Assembly (NCBI GenBank): GCA_017601345.1
Contig: JAFNIT010000003.1
Span: 4,994 to 68,993 of the forward strand
Direction of reading: 5' to 3'
Source of the DNA: Candidatus Brockarchaeota archaeon
GTDB lineage: Archaea; Thermoproteota; EX4484-205; JAAOZP01
Length of the DNA stretch: 64,000 nucleotides
Shown: positions 26,669-35,567 of the stretch, in pieces
Layout of the letters: each line of letters begins with the position of its first letter
Numbering within the stretch: the first letter of the stretch is position 1
Notes under the pieces: model-generated
Seen by the model: the letters and a program-made list of their open reading frames with translations, nothing else
What the model was told of the DNA's origin: nothing
Databases searched by the model: none
Translations under genes and position numbers: made by a program

Positions 26669-27721
26669 TTAAGCCAGCCTCTTCTTCAAGTATACGTCGA
26701 CCATGTAAGATAAGCCGTATTTGCTGAAAGCCTCTTGCTCAGCCTTCTTCTTTATCTCGAAGAACTTCTCTATCTCCTTCTTCCACGGTTCCTTAGAATA
26801 CCTCTTATCCTTCTTAAGCTCGTTAAGTCTCTTTATATCCACGTCGAGGAGCCTGGTACTCGGAAGCTTATACTCCTCTATGTCCGAAGCATAAACACCC
26901 ATCCACTTTGCTCTGGGCGTGGCTAGCTCAGGGACGTGCGCCGCATTGGCTGAGCCGGAGATTATGACTTGCGCAATGTGGAGGCCCCAGGGATCGGCGT
27001 CGGTGAAGATATAGACTGGAAGATCCAACTCCGTGTTAAGCCTTCTTATGAGGCGCCGCGTAGCACGGGGGGCTTGACCAGCAGTGTGAATCAGGATTGC
27101 ATTATACTTCTTCCAAGCCTTCTCCTCGACGAACCTTGTGAACATTGCACCCTTCTCTATGCAAATAACCTTATCGGCTGAGGTTTTTATGAACTTGGCA
27201 GTAGCTAATGCTGGTCCTATCATTAACCCGTCTGGGTGAGAAGTCAGGTTTATCCTCTTCCCCTCATATCCTTTAACCGTGTACTCTATCGTAAGATCTG
27301 CGAAGATAGCACTCCTTTCTTCAGGATATATGTTGAAATCCTCTCTAGGAGCCCCTATTATCGACTCCAGCTCTGTTATTATCCTATCTGACTCGCTCTG
27401 GTCTTCGAAGCCGAGATCAACCCCCTCCGCCATGTAGAAAACATCTCTCAGCGTGCTCGTCTTATCCTCATCTATTAGCCTCCTCGCAACGCTTGCAACC
27501 CATACCAACTGGGTAAGAGGCTTCAAGTGCTTCACGTTTCTAAAAGTACGGAGGGCCTTCTTGGGACCTAGTACGTAATGGCCCTTCTTCTCATCGAAGA
27601 CAATATTGTCAACAGTCCTCAAAGGTATTTCGACGAAAGGCGGTTCTCTTCTCTCTACCTGTTTGAGTATTTGGATAGCAAGCCCAACTATATTTCTCCA
27701 AGCCTTAGACTCCTTTTTCAT
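26669..27721 (-). CDS. top6A: DNA topoisomerase VI subunit A (Spo11-like)
   Basis: 350 aa. Winged-helix region with the catalytic Tyr context (LRDVFYMAE) and Toprim ICIEKGAMF...VYIFTDADPWGLHIAQV. Confidence 0.95.
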   Translation of the reverse strand: MKKESKAWRNIVGLAIQILKQVERREPPFVEIPLRTVDNIVFDEKKGHYVLGPKKALRTFRNVKHLKPLTQLVWVASVARRLIDEDKTSTLRDVFYMAEGVDLGFEDQSESDRIITELESIIGAPREDFNIYPEERSAIFADLTIEYTVKGYEGKRINLTSHPDGLMIGPALATAKFIKTSADKVICIEKGAMFTRFVEEKAWKKYNAILIHTAGQAPRATRRLIRRLNTELDLPVYIFTDADPWGLHIAQVIISGSANAAHVPELATPRAKWMGVYASDIEEYKLPSTRLLDVDIKRLNELKKDKRYSKEPWKKEIEKFFEIKKKAEQEAFSKYGLSYMVDVYLKKRLA

Positions 27722-27800
27722 ATGCTCCAGGAAAACACTATTGTTTTTTAAGCCTTAACATTTAGTTTAAAACACGCTTTATCCGGCCGAGATAGAAACG

Positions 27801-27806
27801 TATTTA
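27801..27806 (+). promoter_or_regulatory. putative TATA box (TATTTA) for the SRP RNA gene
   Basis: A/T hexamer preceded by purine-rich AGAAACG, about 27 nt upstream of the inferred SRP RNA 5' end at 27833. Confidence 0.35.
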
Positions 27807-27832
27807 GGATGCCTAGTCATGTTCTGATCTTA

Positions 27833-28149
27833 GGCGGCAGGTAGGCTCGGGGGGCTCGCCATCCCCTGTAACCCGAAACTGGCGACACGCGGGGAGCTGA
27901 TAACCGTGGGGACAGGGCGGATTCGCGCAGCCGTGTGCGACAGGGCTGTGAAAGCCGTTCCTTACCGGGCGGGTGTGGCGGAACGTGTCCGCTGTAGGGT
28001 GGGCACGCCCGCCTAATTACCGAACCCCGCTAGGCCCGGGAGGGAGCAGCGGTAAGGTAAGCTACCCGCGTTGGTAAGAGACGGTTGGAGGAAAAAACCT
28101 GTCGCTCATGGTTGCGTTGAAGAAACCCGATCCTCATGGGGCTGCCGCC
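27833..28149 (+). ncRNA. signal recognition particle RNA (archaeal 7S/SRP RNA)
   Basis: GC-rich island of about 317 nt with no ORF. The ends GGCGGCAG.../...CTGCCGCC pair. It contains the conserved helix-8 motif CTAGGCCCGGGAGGGAGCAGCGGTAAGG (compare GGCCCGGAAGGGAGCAAC). Confidence 0.85.
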
Positions 28150-28290
28150 TCTCCAAGATTTTTCTAAAGCCTATTCTCGTGGGGGCTTTAAGCAAAAAAG
28201 ATATTTATCGTAATAAAATTCTGGGAAGCACTTAATCCGTAAACCATTTTAATACTTGTTCTTCTAATGCCGACAAGTACGGCAGTAACA

Positions 28291-30066
28291 ATGTGTGGAA
28301 TAATAGGTTACATAGGCAGTATGAACGCGTCGCGAATAGTTTTAGAGGGTTTAAAACACTTAGAGTACAGGGGTTACGATTCCGTCGGCTTTGCAGGAGT
28401 ACTAAACGGCAGCTTGATAGTGAAGAAGGATGTGGGAAAGGTTGATGATGTCCATGCCAAGCTAAACTTTTTAGAGCATAATCTTAACCTAGCAATAGGG
28501 CATACTCGGTGGGCGACTCACGGTAGAGTCACTAAGACCAATGCGCATCCTCATATTGATTGTAGGAAGGACATAGCAATAGTCCATAATGGAATAATAG
28601 AGAATTATGAGGAGTTGAAGAATGAGCTAGTTTCAAAGGGGCATGTTTTCAGGAGTAGGACTGACAGCGAGGTTGTGGCACACTTAATAGAAGAGGAGGC
28701 GAATAATGCGGCAAGCTTCGAGGAGGCTTGTTTCAAAGCATTCAGCAGGCTTGAAGGAGCTTATGCAATACTAGCAATTGATAGGAAAGATTATAAGATC
28801 GTGGCGATCAAAAAAGGCTCGCCACTCGTAATAGGTTTGGCTGATCACGGCTCATTTGCTGCTAGCGATATACCTGCTTTTATAAACTACACTAAGAAAG
28901 TCGTGTATCTCTATGATTATGATATGGTTGTTCTTAAACCAGATCCTGTTTTTTACAATATTGAAAATGGTAATCTGGTCAAAGTAGAGCGACCGATTCA
29001 AAGCGTGGAATGGGATGCTGAAAAAGCTAGGAAGGGAGAGTTTGAACATTTCATGTTGAAAGAAATCATGGAACAAGTTGACACTGTTCAGAGGGCAGCA
29101 GATCAAGATAAAAAGATTCTTGAGAAAATAGCAAACGAAATAAAAAGGGCAAGGGGGATTTTTCTAGTAGGATGCGGTTCAAGCTATCATGCTTGTCTAA
29201 CGGCGAGCTATGTTTTCTCTAAGGTTGCTAGAGAACATGTCAACGTCGTGCTCGCTTCAGAATTTCCAAATTACGAGCACTTTCTAACGAGTAAAACACT
29301 CATCATCGCAGTATCGCAATCTGGTGAAACATACGATGTGCTTGAAGCTATCAGAGCAGGAAAAAAGAGGGGAAGCAAAATAATATCTGTTGTAAACGTT
29401 ATGGGCTCGAGTCTGGCTAGAGAATCCGACGAATTCCTACTTATGCACGCAGGTCCAGAAATATGCGTCCTCTCAACCAAAACCTATACTTCGCAGATAG
29501 CTCTCTTAAACCTGCTCGCCTACACTCTTGCTGGAAGATATGAAGAAGGGAGGAGACGCTTAAAATATCTTTGGAATGTTATCTATTACCTTACTTCAGC
29601 AAATACGAGAAATAAGATAAGAAAGCTGGCTGAGAAGCTGGCTGATAAAAAACACATATTTTGCATAGGAAGGGGCCTCCAATATCCGACTGCAATGGAG
29701 GCAGCCTTAAAGATAAAGGAGGCGAGCTATATCCATGCTGAAGCATTCGCGGGCGGAGAGTTAAAGCATGGAACTATTGCACTCATAGAAGAAGGAACGC
29801 CCTGCATAGTATTCGTCTCCGAAGAGAACGGTAAGGAGATACTATCAAATGCAACAGAAGTAAAGTCGAGAGGCGGATACATTATAGGAATATCTCCCAC
29901 CAACCACGAGGTTTTCGACTTCTGGATTAAAGTACCAGAATGTGGGACAGAAAATCCCATTGTTCAAATAATACCTGTCCAAATACTGGCCTACCAACTG
30001 GCAGTACTAAGAGGATGCGATCCTGATAAGCCCAGGAACCTAGCGAAAAGCGTTACTGTGAAATAA
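28291..30066 (+). CDS. glmS: glutamine--fructose-6-phosphate aminotransferase (isomerising)
   Basis: MCGIIGYIG places the catalytic Cys directly after the initiator Met, so the start is 28291 rather than the track's 28267. Two SIS domains follow, with a C-terminal LAKSVTVK. Confidence 0.95.
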   Translation: MCGIIGYIGSMNASRIVLEGLKHLEYRGYDSVGFAGVLNGSLIVKKDVGKVDDVHAKLNFLEHNLNLAIGHTRWATHGRVTKTNAHPHIDCRKDIAIVHNGIIENYEELKNELVSKGHVFRSRTDSEVVAHLIEEEANNAASFEEACFKAFSRLEGAYAILAIDRKDYKIVAIKKGSPLVIGLADHGSFAASDIPAFINYTKKVVYLYDYDMVVLKPDPVFYNIENGNLVKVERPIQSVEWDAEKARKGEFEHFMLKEIMEQVDTVQRAADQDKKILEKIANEIKRARGIFLVGCGSSYHACLTASYVFSKVAREHVNVVLASEFPNYEHFLTSKTLIIAVSQSGETYDVLEAIRAGKKRGSKIISVVNVMGSSLARESDEFLLMHAGPEICVLSTKTYTSQIALLNLLAYTLAGRYEEGRRRLKYLWNVIYYLTSANTRNKIRKLAEKLADKKHIFCIGRGLQYPTAMEAALKIKEASYIHAEAFAGGELKHGTIALIEEGTPCIVFVSEENGKEILSNATEVKSRGGYIIGISPTNHEVFDFWIKVPECGTENPIVQIIPVQILAYQLAVLRGCDPDKPRNLAKSVTVK

Positions 30067-30393
30067 GCGTAAATTCTCTAAACCCGTATATTGCAAGAAT
30101 AGCTATAATCACGTTAATCAAAGTTTAGCGTAATGTTTTAGATATTCTTTCTCCTTACACTTTTGGTATTCGGGAAACCTAATAGTGCCAGGTAGTATAT
30201 TATTCTGAACGCCTTCCATCCATATGCATAGGCTTTAGATTTCCAGCGTGATGGACAGGTTATGGAGGGGTTTATTGTTAATGGATAAAATGGTTTTATT
30301 CATCGTAAAGCGGAGCGTCCAACAAGACGTGAAGCCCCGTTCCCCAGGCGCCTGCGAAAACAAAAGACCTAATGCCTAAGCTCCCATCCGTTT

Positions 30394-30892
30394 CTAATGG
30401 GAGCATCTTGTAAAGTGAGAGTAAAAATTTTCAAGCAGAAACATGATATAACCCCCTCTCCGGTGCCCCTCTCGACTCCTGTATTCTTTACAAGCTCCCT
30501 TACCCATCAACTCTTCAAGGGTTGCAAGCATCTTTTCAACCCCAACCAGCCTCTTACATGAGCAGGGCTTCCATTGGAACGAGTTTCTTTTTAACTCGTC
30601 AGGCGCTAGGCTTAACCCCTCCATGGTGACTGAGCCGAGCAGATATGCGTCTTCATCCCCCAAAATTACTGGATGATAGACGGTATTCCTCGATTTTGAT
30701 ACCAATTTCACCAAGCTCCTTCTCCACCACACTGTTATCAGCAAGCCTCAGCCTTACCCTCCTTATCGGCTTAACGTCCAGTTTTTCAAGTAAAGAACTG
30801 TGTAAAACGGTATACGTAGAGCTGCTGTCAACAGTTAACTCTACGTCCGCCTTCTTAGTGCTGACGAATACATTCCAGATTCTAGCTTTCAC
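30394..30892 (-). pseudogene. retropepsin-like (clan AA) aspartic-protease-like gene interrupted by a frameshift near 30680-30690
   Basis: Track ORFs 30653..30892 (...VELTVDSSSTYTVLHSSLLEKLDV...GIKIEEY) and 30394..30744 (...VYHPVILGDEDAYLLGSVTMEGLSLAPD) form one domain in two frames. The 3' end is uncertain. Confidence 0.5.
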
Positions 30893-31103
30893 CTTGAATA
30901 CCTCCTCTGAAGTTAAATTAGAGTAATCCTTGAAGAAATCAATTTTTCTAAGGTACTCATCGAATCAACGAATCTCTTCCTGAGCTCAGGATTCACCATC
31001 GCTAACAATATTCATGGGGCTGAGCTCAAGCGTAACTGAAGCCAATGAATAGGTAAGCCGATTAATAGAGATATCTCGTTACGTTCCGTATTTCATTTGA
31101 AAG

Positions 31104-31179
31104 TGGGCCAGGCCGGATTCGAACCGGCGATCTCCCGGTTATCAGCCGGGCGCCTTAAACCAGACTGGGCCACTGGCCC
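31104..31179 (-). tRNA. tRNA-Ile (anticodon GAT)
   Basis: Hand fold: GGGCCAG/CTGGCCC acceptor, anticodon arm CCCGG-CTGATAA-CCGGG, T arm GCCGG-TTCGAAT-CCGGC. Confidence 0.9.
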
Positions 31180-31524
31180 TTGTTTACTTTATTTTCTAAG
31201 CCAACTATTAAATTTTTCTTGACTATAGCTATTCAAAAGGGTTTTTCAAAGCCTGTTAATCGCTCAAACAGTAGGAGCCTGGAATTTAACTCAAAGTGCT
31301 TTTTCTCTATATTCTTTTCCCAGCTTCTTCAATTTTTCTGATAGTATATAGCATTAGAACACTATAAGACTGCATCCTTGATGAAAGCATTGTCTAGAAT
31401 CCCTAACTTAACCCGGTATGCCAGCGGATCTTCTAATTTATGACCTATAGCTATCAGAGGATACATATTAAATGGAAAGAGAAACATTAACAGCATTTTC
31501 TATAAAATATAATGGAAAACTTCT

Positions 31525-31707
31525 ATGAAAAGTCTTTCCAAATTATGCAGAGCTACATTAAGCATAGTTATGGTAGTGCTTGCTTTAAGTTATGAGCCTT
31601 TTTCTGAAAAAGTTATTTTTGCTTCCGGTTTGATCATCTTTCCTGCAACAATCTATCTAAAGGGGAGGTTTAAGTCAGGAAGCATTGCAGACGCATCATT
31701 CTTGTAG
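31525..31707 (+). CDS. hypothetical small membrane protein (doubtful)
   Basis: 60-aa hydrophobic ORF in an otherwise stop-rich, AT-rich 1-kb spacer. No family support. Confidence 0.25.
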   Translation: MKSLSKLCRATLSIVMVVLALSYEPFSEKVIFASGLIIFPATIYLKGRFKSGSIADASFL

Positions 31708-32161
31708 CTTCTGGCGTACTCGTTTTAGACAACCTGGTGCTCAAGGTTTCAGCTACTCCTATGGAAGTTTTTAATTATGTTGAGGTGGATTAGGGAAAAA
31801 TGAAATCAACAAGGTAATCCTTGAAAAAGGATATTTAATGAGACTGTCAGCAGTATACACTTTTGATGCTACAATGTTAATACTATAAATGTAGCTTTCG
31901 GTTATGGAGATGATTATGAGAATTCGACAACGATATGGTATAATTCATCATCATACAGTTATATGACTCTTTCAGCAATATGTTTTCATCAATGCTACAG
32001 GAATGCTAACCTTTTCTGAAGACCCTATAACAATATCCGCCCGAGGGAACGCTACTACATCGGGATTTGGAGAGGAAAACTTGGAAGGATGTCTTCTAAC
32101 CATAAGAAATTGGCGGTTTCAGAGCATCAAGTTTTCGCTCCTATAAATCCTCATAGGATTA

Positions 32162-32236
32162 CGGGCCCGGCGGGAATTGAACCCGCAACATCTGGGTTAA
32201 AAGCCCAGCGCTCTAACCAGGTTGAGCTACGGGCCC
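32162..32236 (-). tRNA. tRNA-Lys (anticodon TTT)
   Basis: Hand fold: GGGCCCG/CGGGCCC acceptor, D arm GCTC-AACCTGGTTA-GAGC, anticodon arm CTGGG-CTTTTAA-CCCAG, T arm GCGGG-TTCAATT-CCCGC. Confidence 0.9.
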
Positions 32237-32436
32237 TAGGGGCTTAAGCTTTGGGAAGAATAAAAATATTTTCTCTTTGTTTAAGCCTCTAAGACGGTGG
32301 GTAAGCCTCCTTTCTCAGCGACTTTTTTTCGGAAGAAAAAGGTTGACACCCCCGGTATAAACATAGGGATGAAGAATGTTAATGCTCTAATCAACCCTAG
32401 AATAATGGACAAGTATAATCATACTCATTTAAAGTC

Positions 32437-32970
32437 TTATTTTAGTATTTTCTTAAAGAAAGCATCTAATTCATCCAGTCTTTTTAGCGCAGGATGCTCA
32501 GTACCCAGTTTTTCAGCAAAGTACTTCAGGGTTTCTTCGAACTCTACCCTCCTCTCCCCGTCTACAAGCTTGTCAGCGTAGCAGACTATTTTCTCCTCCA
32601 GCGTCTCAGGAATAAGGTCTATGAAGCCCAGCTTCAGTTTCTCGGCCTCCTCTCTGGATATTCCTCCCCCCACGTGTCTCTCAACTATTCTCGCAAGCCT
32701 CTCATCCAATTGTCTCCTTCTTATTATTCTCCCGCCCACTACACCGTGCGAGACATCGTGGGTAACCGACCTCCCTATGTCGTGGAGCAATGCTCCCGCC
32801 GCGACTAGTTTCTCGTCGACATCGTATCCTTTTAGCCTTATTCTATTCGTCAGTTCCATAGCAACCCCTAGAACCCTGATGGCATGCTTAATAACATTGT
32901 CAGCAACGCCTTCTTCCCGGAGTATTCTCAAGCATTCTTCTTCACTAGGTACCTTACTCTTTCTCCTCAT
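32437..32970 (-). CDS. HD/HDIG-domain metal-dependent phosphohydrolase
   Basis: 177 aa. HAIRVLGVAMEL...GALLHDIGRSVTHD...ERHVGGG are HD-superfamily motifs. Confidence 0.75.
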   Translation of the reverse strand: MRRKSKVPSEEECLRILREEGVADNVIKHAIRVLGVAMELTNRIRLKGYDVDEKLVAAGALLHDIGRSVTHDVSHGVVGGRIIRRRQLDERLARIVERHVGGGISREEAEKLKLGFIDLIPETLEEKIVCYADKLVDGERRVEFEETLKYFAEKLGTEHPALKRLDELDAFFKKILK

Positions 32971-33490
32971 CTTCGATCGTTTTTATCAGCGTGTTAAGCT
33001 TCCTGATGTAATTCTCCTTATCCATTCTCTGCAGAGGTTCGCCGCAAACGGGGCATTTGAAAAGGTTTTCAACAGCCTCGTCGAACACGAGTGTTCTATG
33101 GCCCTCCTTACCGCAGTAGTACAGCTCATTCTTCTCCACGAACTCGAGTTTGCTCCTCAGCTTCTGGAGTATGATTCTCCTGTAGTTTGCAGCTATGCCC
33201 TCAACCTGGTCTATCAAGGGCAGCCATAGGAATATGCTCTTCATCTTGTCACCCTCCTCCTTCTTTATCTCCTCGTAGGCTATCAGCGCCTTCTCGTAGA
33301 GCTTGAACAATATCTTCCTAACATCCCCTACTCTTAGCCCGGTTTTCGTGGAGATTTGCTCTTCAGTGGCCTTCTTAAGCTGTATTAATGCTTCTGCAAC
33401 CTCTACGGCCTCGTCCCCGCCTATTAGGCCAACTATCTGCGTGTAGAGGTGACTTACTGCATCCAGCTTATCTTCTCCCAATACTATCAT
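32954..33490 (-). CDS. tfe: transcription factor E (TFE-alpha / TFIIE-alpha homolog)
   Basis: 178 aa. N-terminal winged helix (EEQISTKTGLRVGDVRKILFKLYEKALI) followed by a zinc ribbon YYCGKEGH...FKCPVCGEPL. Confidence 0.85.
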   Translation of the reverse strand: MIVLGEDKLDAVSHLYTQIVGLIGGDEAVEVAEALIQLKKATEEQISTKTGLRVGDVRKILFKLYEKALIAYEEIKKEEGDKMKSIFLWLPLIDQVEGIAANYRRIILQKLRSKLEFVEKNELYYCGKEGHRTLVFDEAVENLFKCPVCGEPLQRMDKENYIRKLNTLIKTIEDEEKE

Positions 33491-34040
33491 CTCTATACAA
33501 GGGGTTCCTACATATTACTTTTCCCCTGGGAGAGGGGACTATGAATACCCTCGGGTTCTCATGTTGCTTGTAAAGCTCCTTCCCCTGGAAAACCCTGTCT
33601 AGGAATATTGCTAGCGCAGCTATCTCGGAATGAGGCTGGTTTGTAATTGAGACATTGTAATCTGAAACCCTGTAGGCTTCGCCAGGAACCTTTTGCCCCC
33701 CAATTATAACTAGGATCCTGCCCGACCTCCTCACGTCATTGATGACGCTTTCAACAGGCATACCGTACATCGTGAGGTGAGTGATTAGGCCACCGGCTTC
33801 TCTCCACTTTCTCACCGTCTCCAACCAATTCTCAGTATATTCTATTCTTATTCTACCACCCCATATCCTAACAATCTTATTCGCATTCTCCTCAAGCTTA
33901 GAATCTTTATCGCCGTGAATGATGAAGGCGCTTGCCCCGAAGGCTCTTGAGACGAGGAAGGCGTGCATGGTCACTCTCTTATCCCTGATTATTCTATGGC
34001 CTAGGCGTAGGACGCCTATTTCAAAAGCGTTCTCATTCAT
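33468..34040 (-). CDS. trm56: tRNA (cytidine56-2'-O)-methyltransferase Trm56
   Basis: 190 aa. VLRLGHRIIRDKRVTMHAFLVSRAFGA...LTMYG...ILVIIGGQKVP is the aTrm56 SPOUT pattern. Confidence 0.85.
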   Translation of the reverse strand: MNENAFEIGVLRLGHRIIRDKRVTMHAFLVSRAFGASAFIIHGDKDSKLEENANKIVRIWGGRIRIEYTENWLETVRKWREAGGLITHLTMYGMPVESVINDVRRSGRILVIIGGQKVPGEAYRVSDYNVSITNQPHSEIAALAIFLDRVFQGKELYKQHENPRVFIVPSPRGKVICRNPLYRDDSIGRR

Positions 34041-34573
34041 TCCTTGCTTGAAGACTCTTCTCTAAGAACGTCTCCTAAGGTTATGCTTGACAAAGGTTTA
34101 GCCACGTGCTTGACTGGGATATGCTCTTTCCCCGTGGAACCAGGTTTGAGCAACTTTATCTTCAAAACATCCTCCATCTTCCTAGTGTCGGGAATAGAAG
34201 GCACAATCCTGCCAGCCTCGATCTTCCTTATGAGAGATACTTTTAAACCTGTTCTAGCCCCGAGCTCCTCTTCACTCCAGCCCAGCTCTCTCATCCTGTT
34301 CTTTATCAAGTCCCTGTAGTTCTCAACAAGCTCCATCTCGAAAGAGCTCTCTGTTTTCACCGCCTTTTTCTCAACAGGCTTTGGGGCAGGGAGCTTAGCC
34401 ACGGTCTTTTTCGCTTTCAACAAAGGCCTGTTAACGCTCTCCGGAAACCCTTCTTCCACAGGGATCTTCTTCGTAAGAGTGTTGAAGCACTCTGGGCAGA
34501 CACTCATAACACTGCCCTCTACGACAACCCTCCTGAGCCTAGAAGCTCTGCCCCCGCATATTTCACATATCAT
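34037..34573 (-). CDS. multiprotein bridging factor 1 (aMBF1): zinc ribbon plus XRE-type HTH
   Basis: 178 aa. N-terminal CEICGG...CPEC zinc ribbon and C-terminal HTH LIKNRMRELGWSEEELGARTGLKVSLIRKIEAG. Confidence 0.8.
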   Translation of the reverse strand: MICEICGGRASRLRRVVVEGSVMSVCPECFNTLTKKIPVEEGFPESVNRPLLKAKKTVAKLPAPKPVEKKAVKTESSFEMELVENYRDLIKNRMRELGWSEEELGARTGLKVSLIRKIEAGRIVPSIPDTRKMEDVLKIKLLKPGSTGKEHIPVKHVAKPLSSITLGDVLREESSSKE

Positions 34574-34615
34574 TTTAAGAAAATAAGGCTGAGGAGGTTT
34601 GAGATATGCCTTTCC

Positions 34616-34975
34616 TCAAAGGCTTCCTGATTGCAGTAGAACTATTGCTTGAGCAATGTCTCCGCTCGTCGTAACCAGTGCTTTCCTAGCTTCTTCAACA
34701 CTCCTACCCGTCTGCTTGGCTACGAGTAGAACATCATCATCCGGCGGGACATACTCTTCCTTTTTCTTCTCGATCACAGGCTCCCCCACTATTTGATATA
34801 TCTCCTGGGAACCGCCCGTCATCTTAGTCACCACGGGTGAGTCGAAGACTATTCTCTCATTATCCGTCTCTATGACAACGCTCCTAACACCCTGTATCTC
34901 CTCTATCTTTATGCCGAGCCTCTTTAAAAGACGCTCCTGCTCTCTCCTAGACCTGAATCCGATACTCATCTCCAC
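34616..34975 (-). CDS. nac: nascent polypeptide-associated complex protein (NAC alpha homolog)
   Basis: 119 aa. NAC domain (LKRLGIKIEEIQGVRSVVIETDNERIVFDSPVV) and C-terminal UBA-like VEEARKALVTTSGDIAQAIVLL. Confidence 0.85.
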   Translation of the reverse strand: MEMSIGFRSRREQERLLKRLGIKIEEIQGVRSVVIETDNERIVFDSPVVTKMTGGSQEIYQIVGEPVIEKKKEEYVPPDDDVLLVAKQTGRSVEEARKALVTTSGDIAQAIVLLQSGSL

Positions 34976-34998
34976 CAGTCCATTGACATAGCGTGGAA

Positions 34999-35241
34999 TT
35001 ACCTAGTGAATCCTTCTATTGGCATTAGTGTAAGAGTGTTTCTAACACCCTCGATCTTCCTTATAGACCTACTTATGAAGTCCTTAAGCTTCTCGCTACT
35101 CTCCGCCTCGACTTTTGTTATTATGTCATAGACTCCGAAGACTATCCAAGCCTCTGCAACCCCCGGTATCTCCTTAAGCTTGTTCAACACATCATTCTCC
35201 GTCCCTATCTCAACGTTTATCAAAACGTATGCATGGACCAT
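34999..35241 (-). CDS. stand-alone Lrp/AsnC-type RAM domain protein
   Basis: 80 aa. AYVLINVEIGTENDVLNKLKEIPGVAEAWIVFGVYDIITKVEAES...IEGVRNTLTLM. Third member of this family in the window. Confidence 0.7.
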   Translation of the reverse strand: MVHAYVLINVEIGTENDVLNKLKEIPGVAEAWIVFGVYDIITKVEAESSEKLKDFISRSIRKIEGVRNTLTLMPIEGFTR

Positions 35242-35408
35242 TCTTCATCCACACCTGAATTAAAACCAGCCCCTAATAAAAACCTTTTTATCCAAAACCC
35301 TCGTTTTATGCTCTCTATTGGCCAGGCGACATAAAATTTGCTTTATGCTTTCAGCAGTAAACCGTGGAAAAACCTTTAAACCCTTGTTTAACAGACTTCT
35401 ACTGGAGT

Positions 35409-35558
35409 GGGGCCGTAGTCTAACCAGGCAGGACGGCGGGCTCCAGCCAATAATGGTAAGGACGATCCCATCAGGGAGATGATGAGAGGTTGGAGCGGTG
35501 AGAGACCCGTGAATGGGGGTTCAAAGCCCGGAGAGGCGGACACATCCTCCCGGCCCCA
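35409..35558 (+). tRNA. tRNA-Trp (anticodon CCA) with a 58-nt canonical intron carrying a C/D-box-like module and a second ~19-nt T-arm intron
   Basis: 150 nt. GGGGCCG-TA-GTCT-AACCAGGCA-GGAC-G-GCGGG-CTCCAG | intron 35447-35504 | A-CCCGT-GAAT-GGGGG-TTCAAAG-CCC | insert ~35530-35548 | CC-CGGCCCC-A. Confidence 0.85.
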
Positions 35559-35567
35559 TTCGTTTCT

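Noticed and set aside
32621-33229. 202-aa plus-strand ORF, plus 32494..32808
   Set aside because: Both are antisense to the HD-domain and TFE genes, which have clear family signatures.
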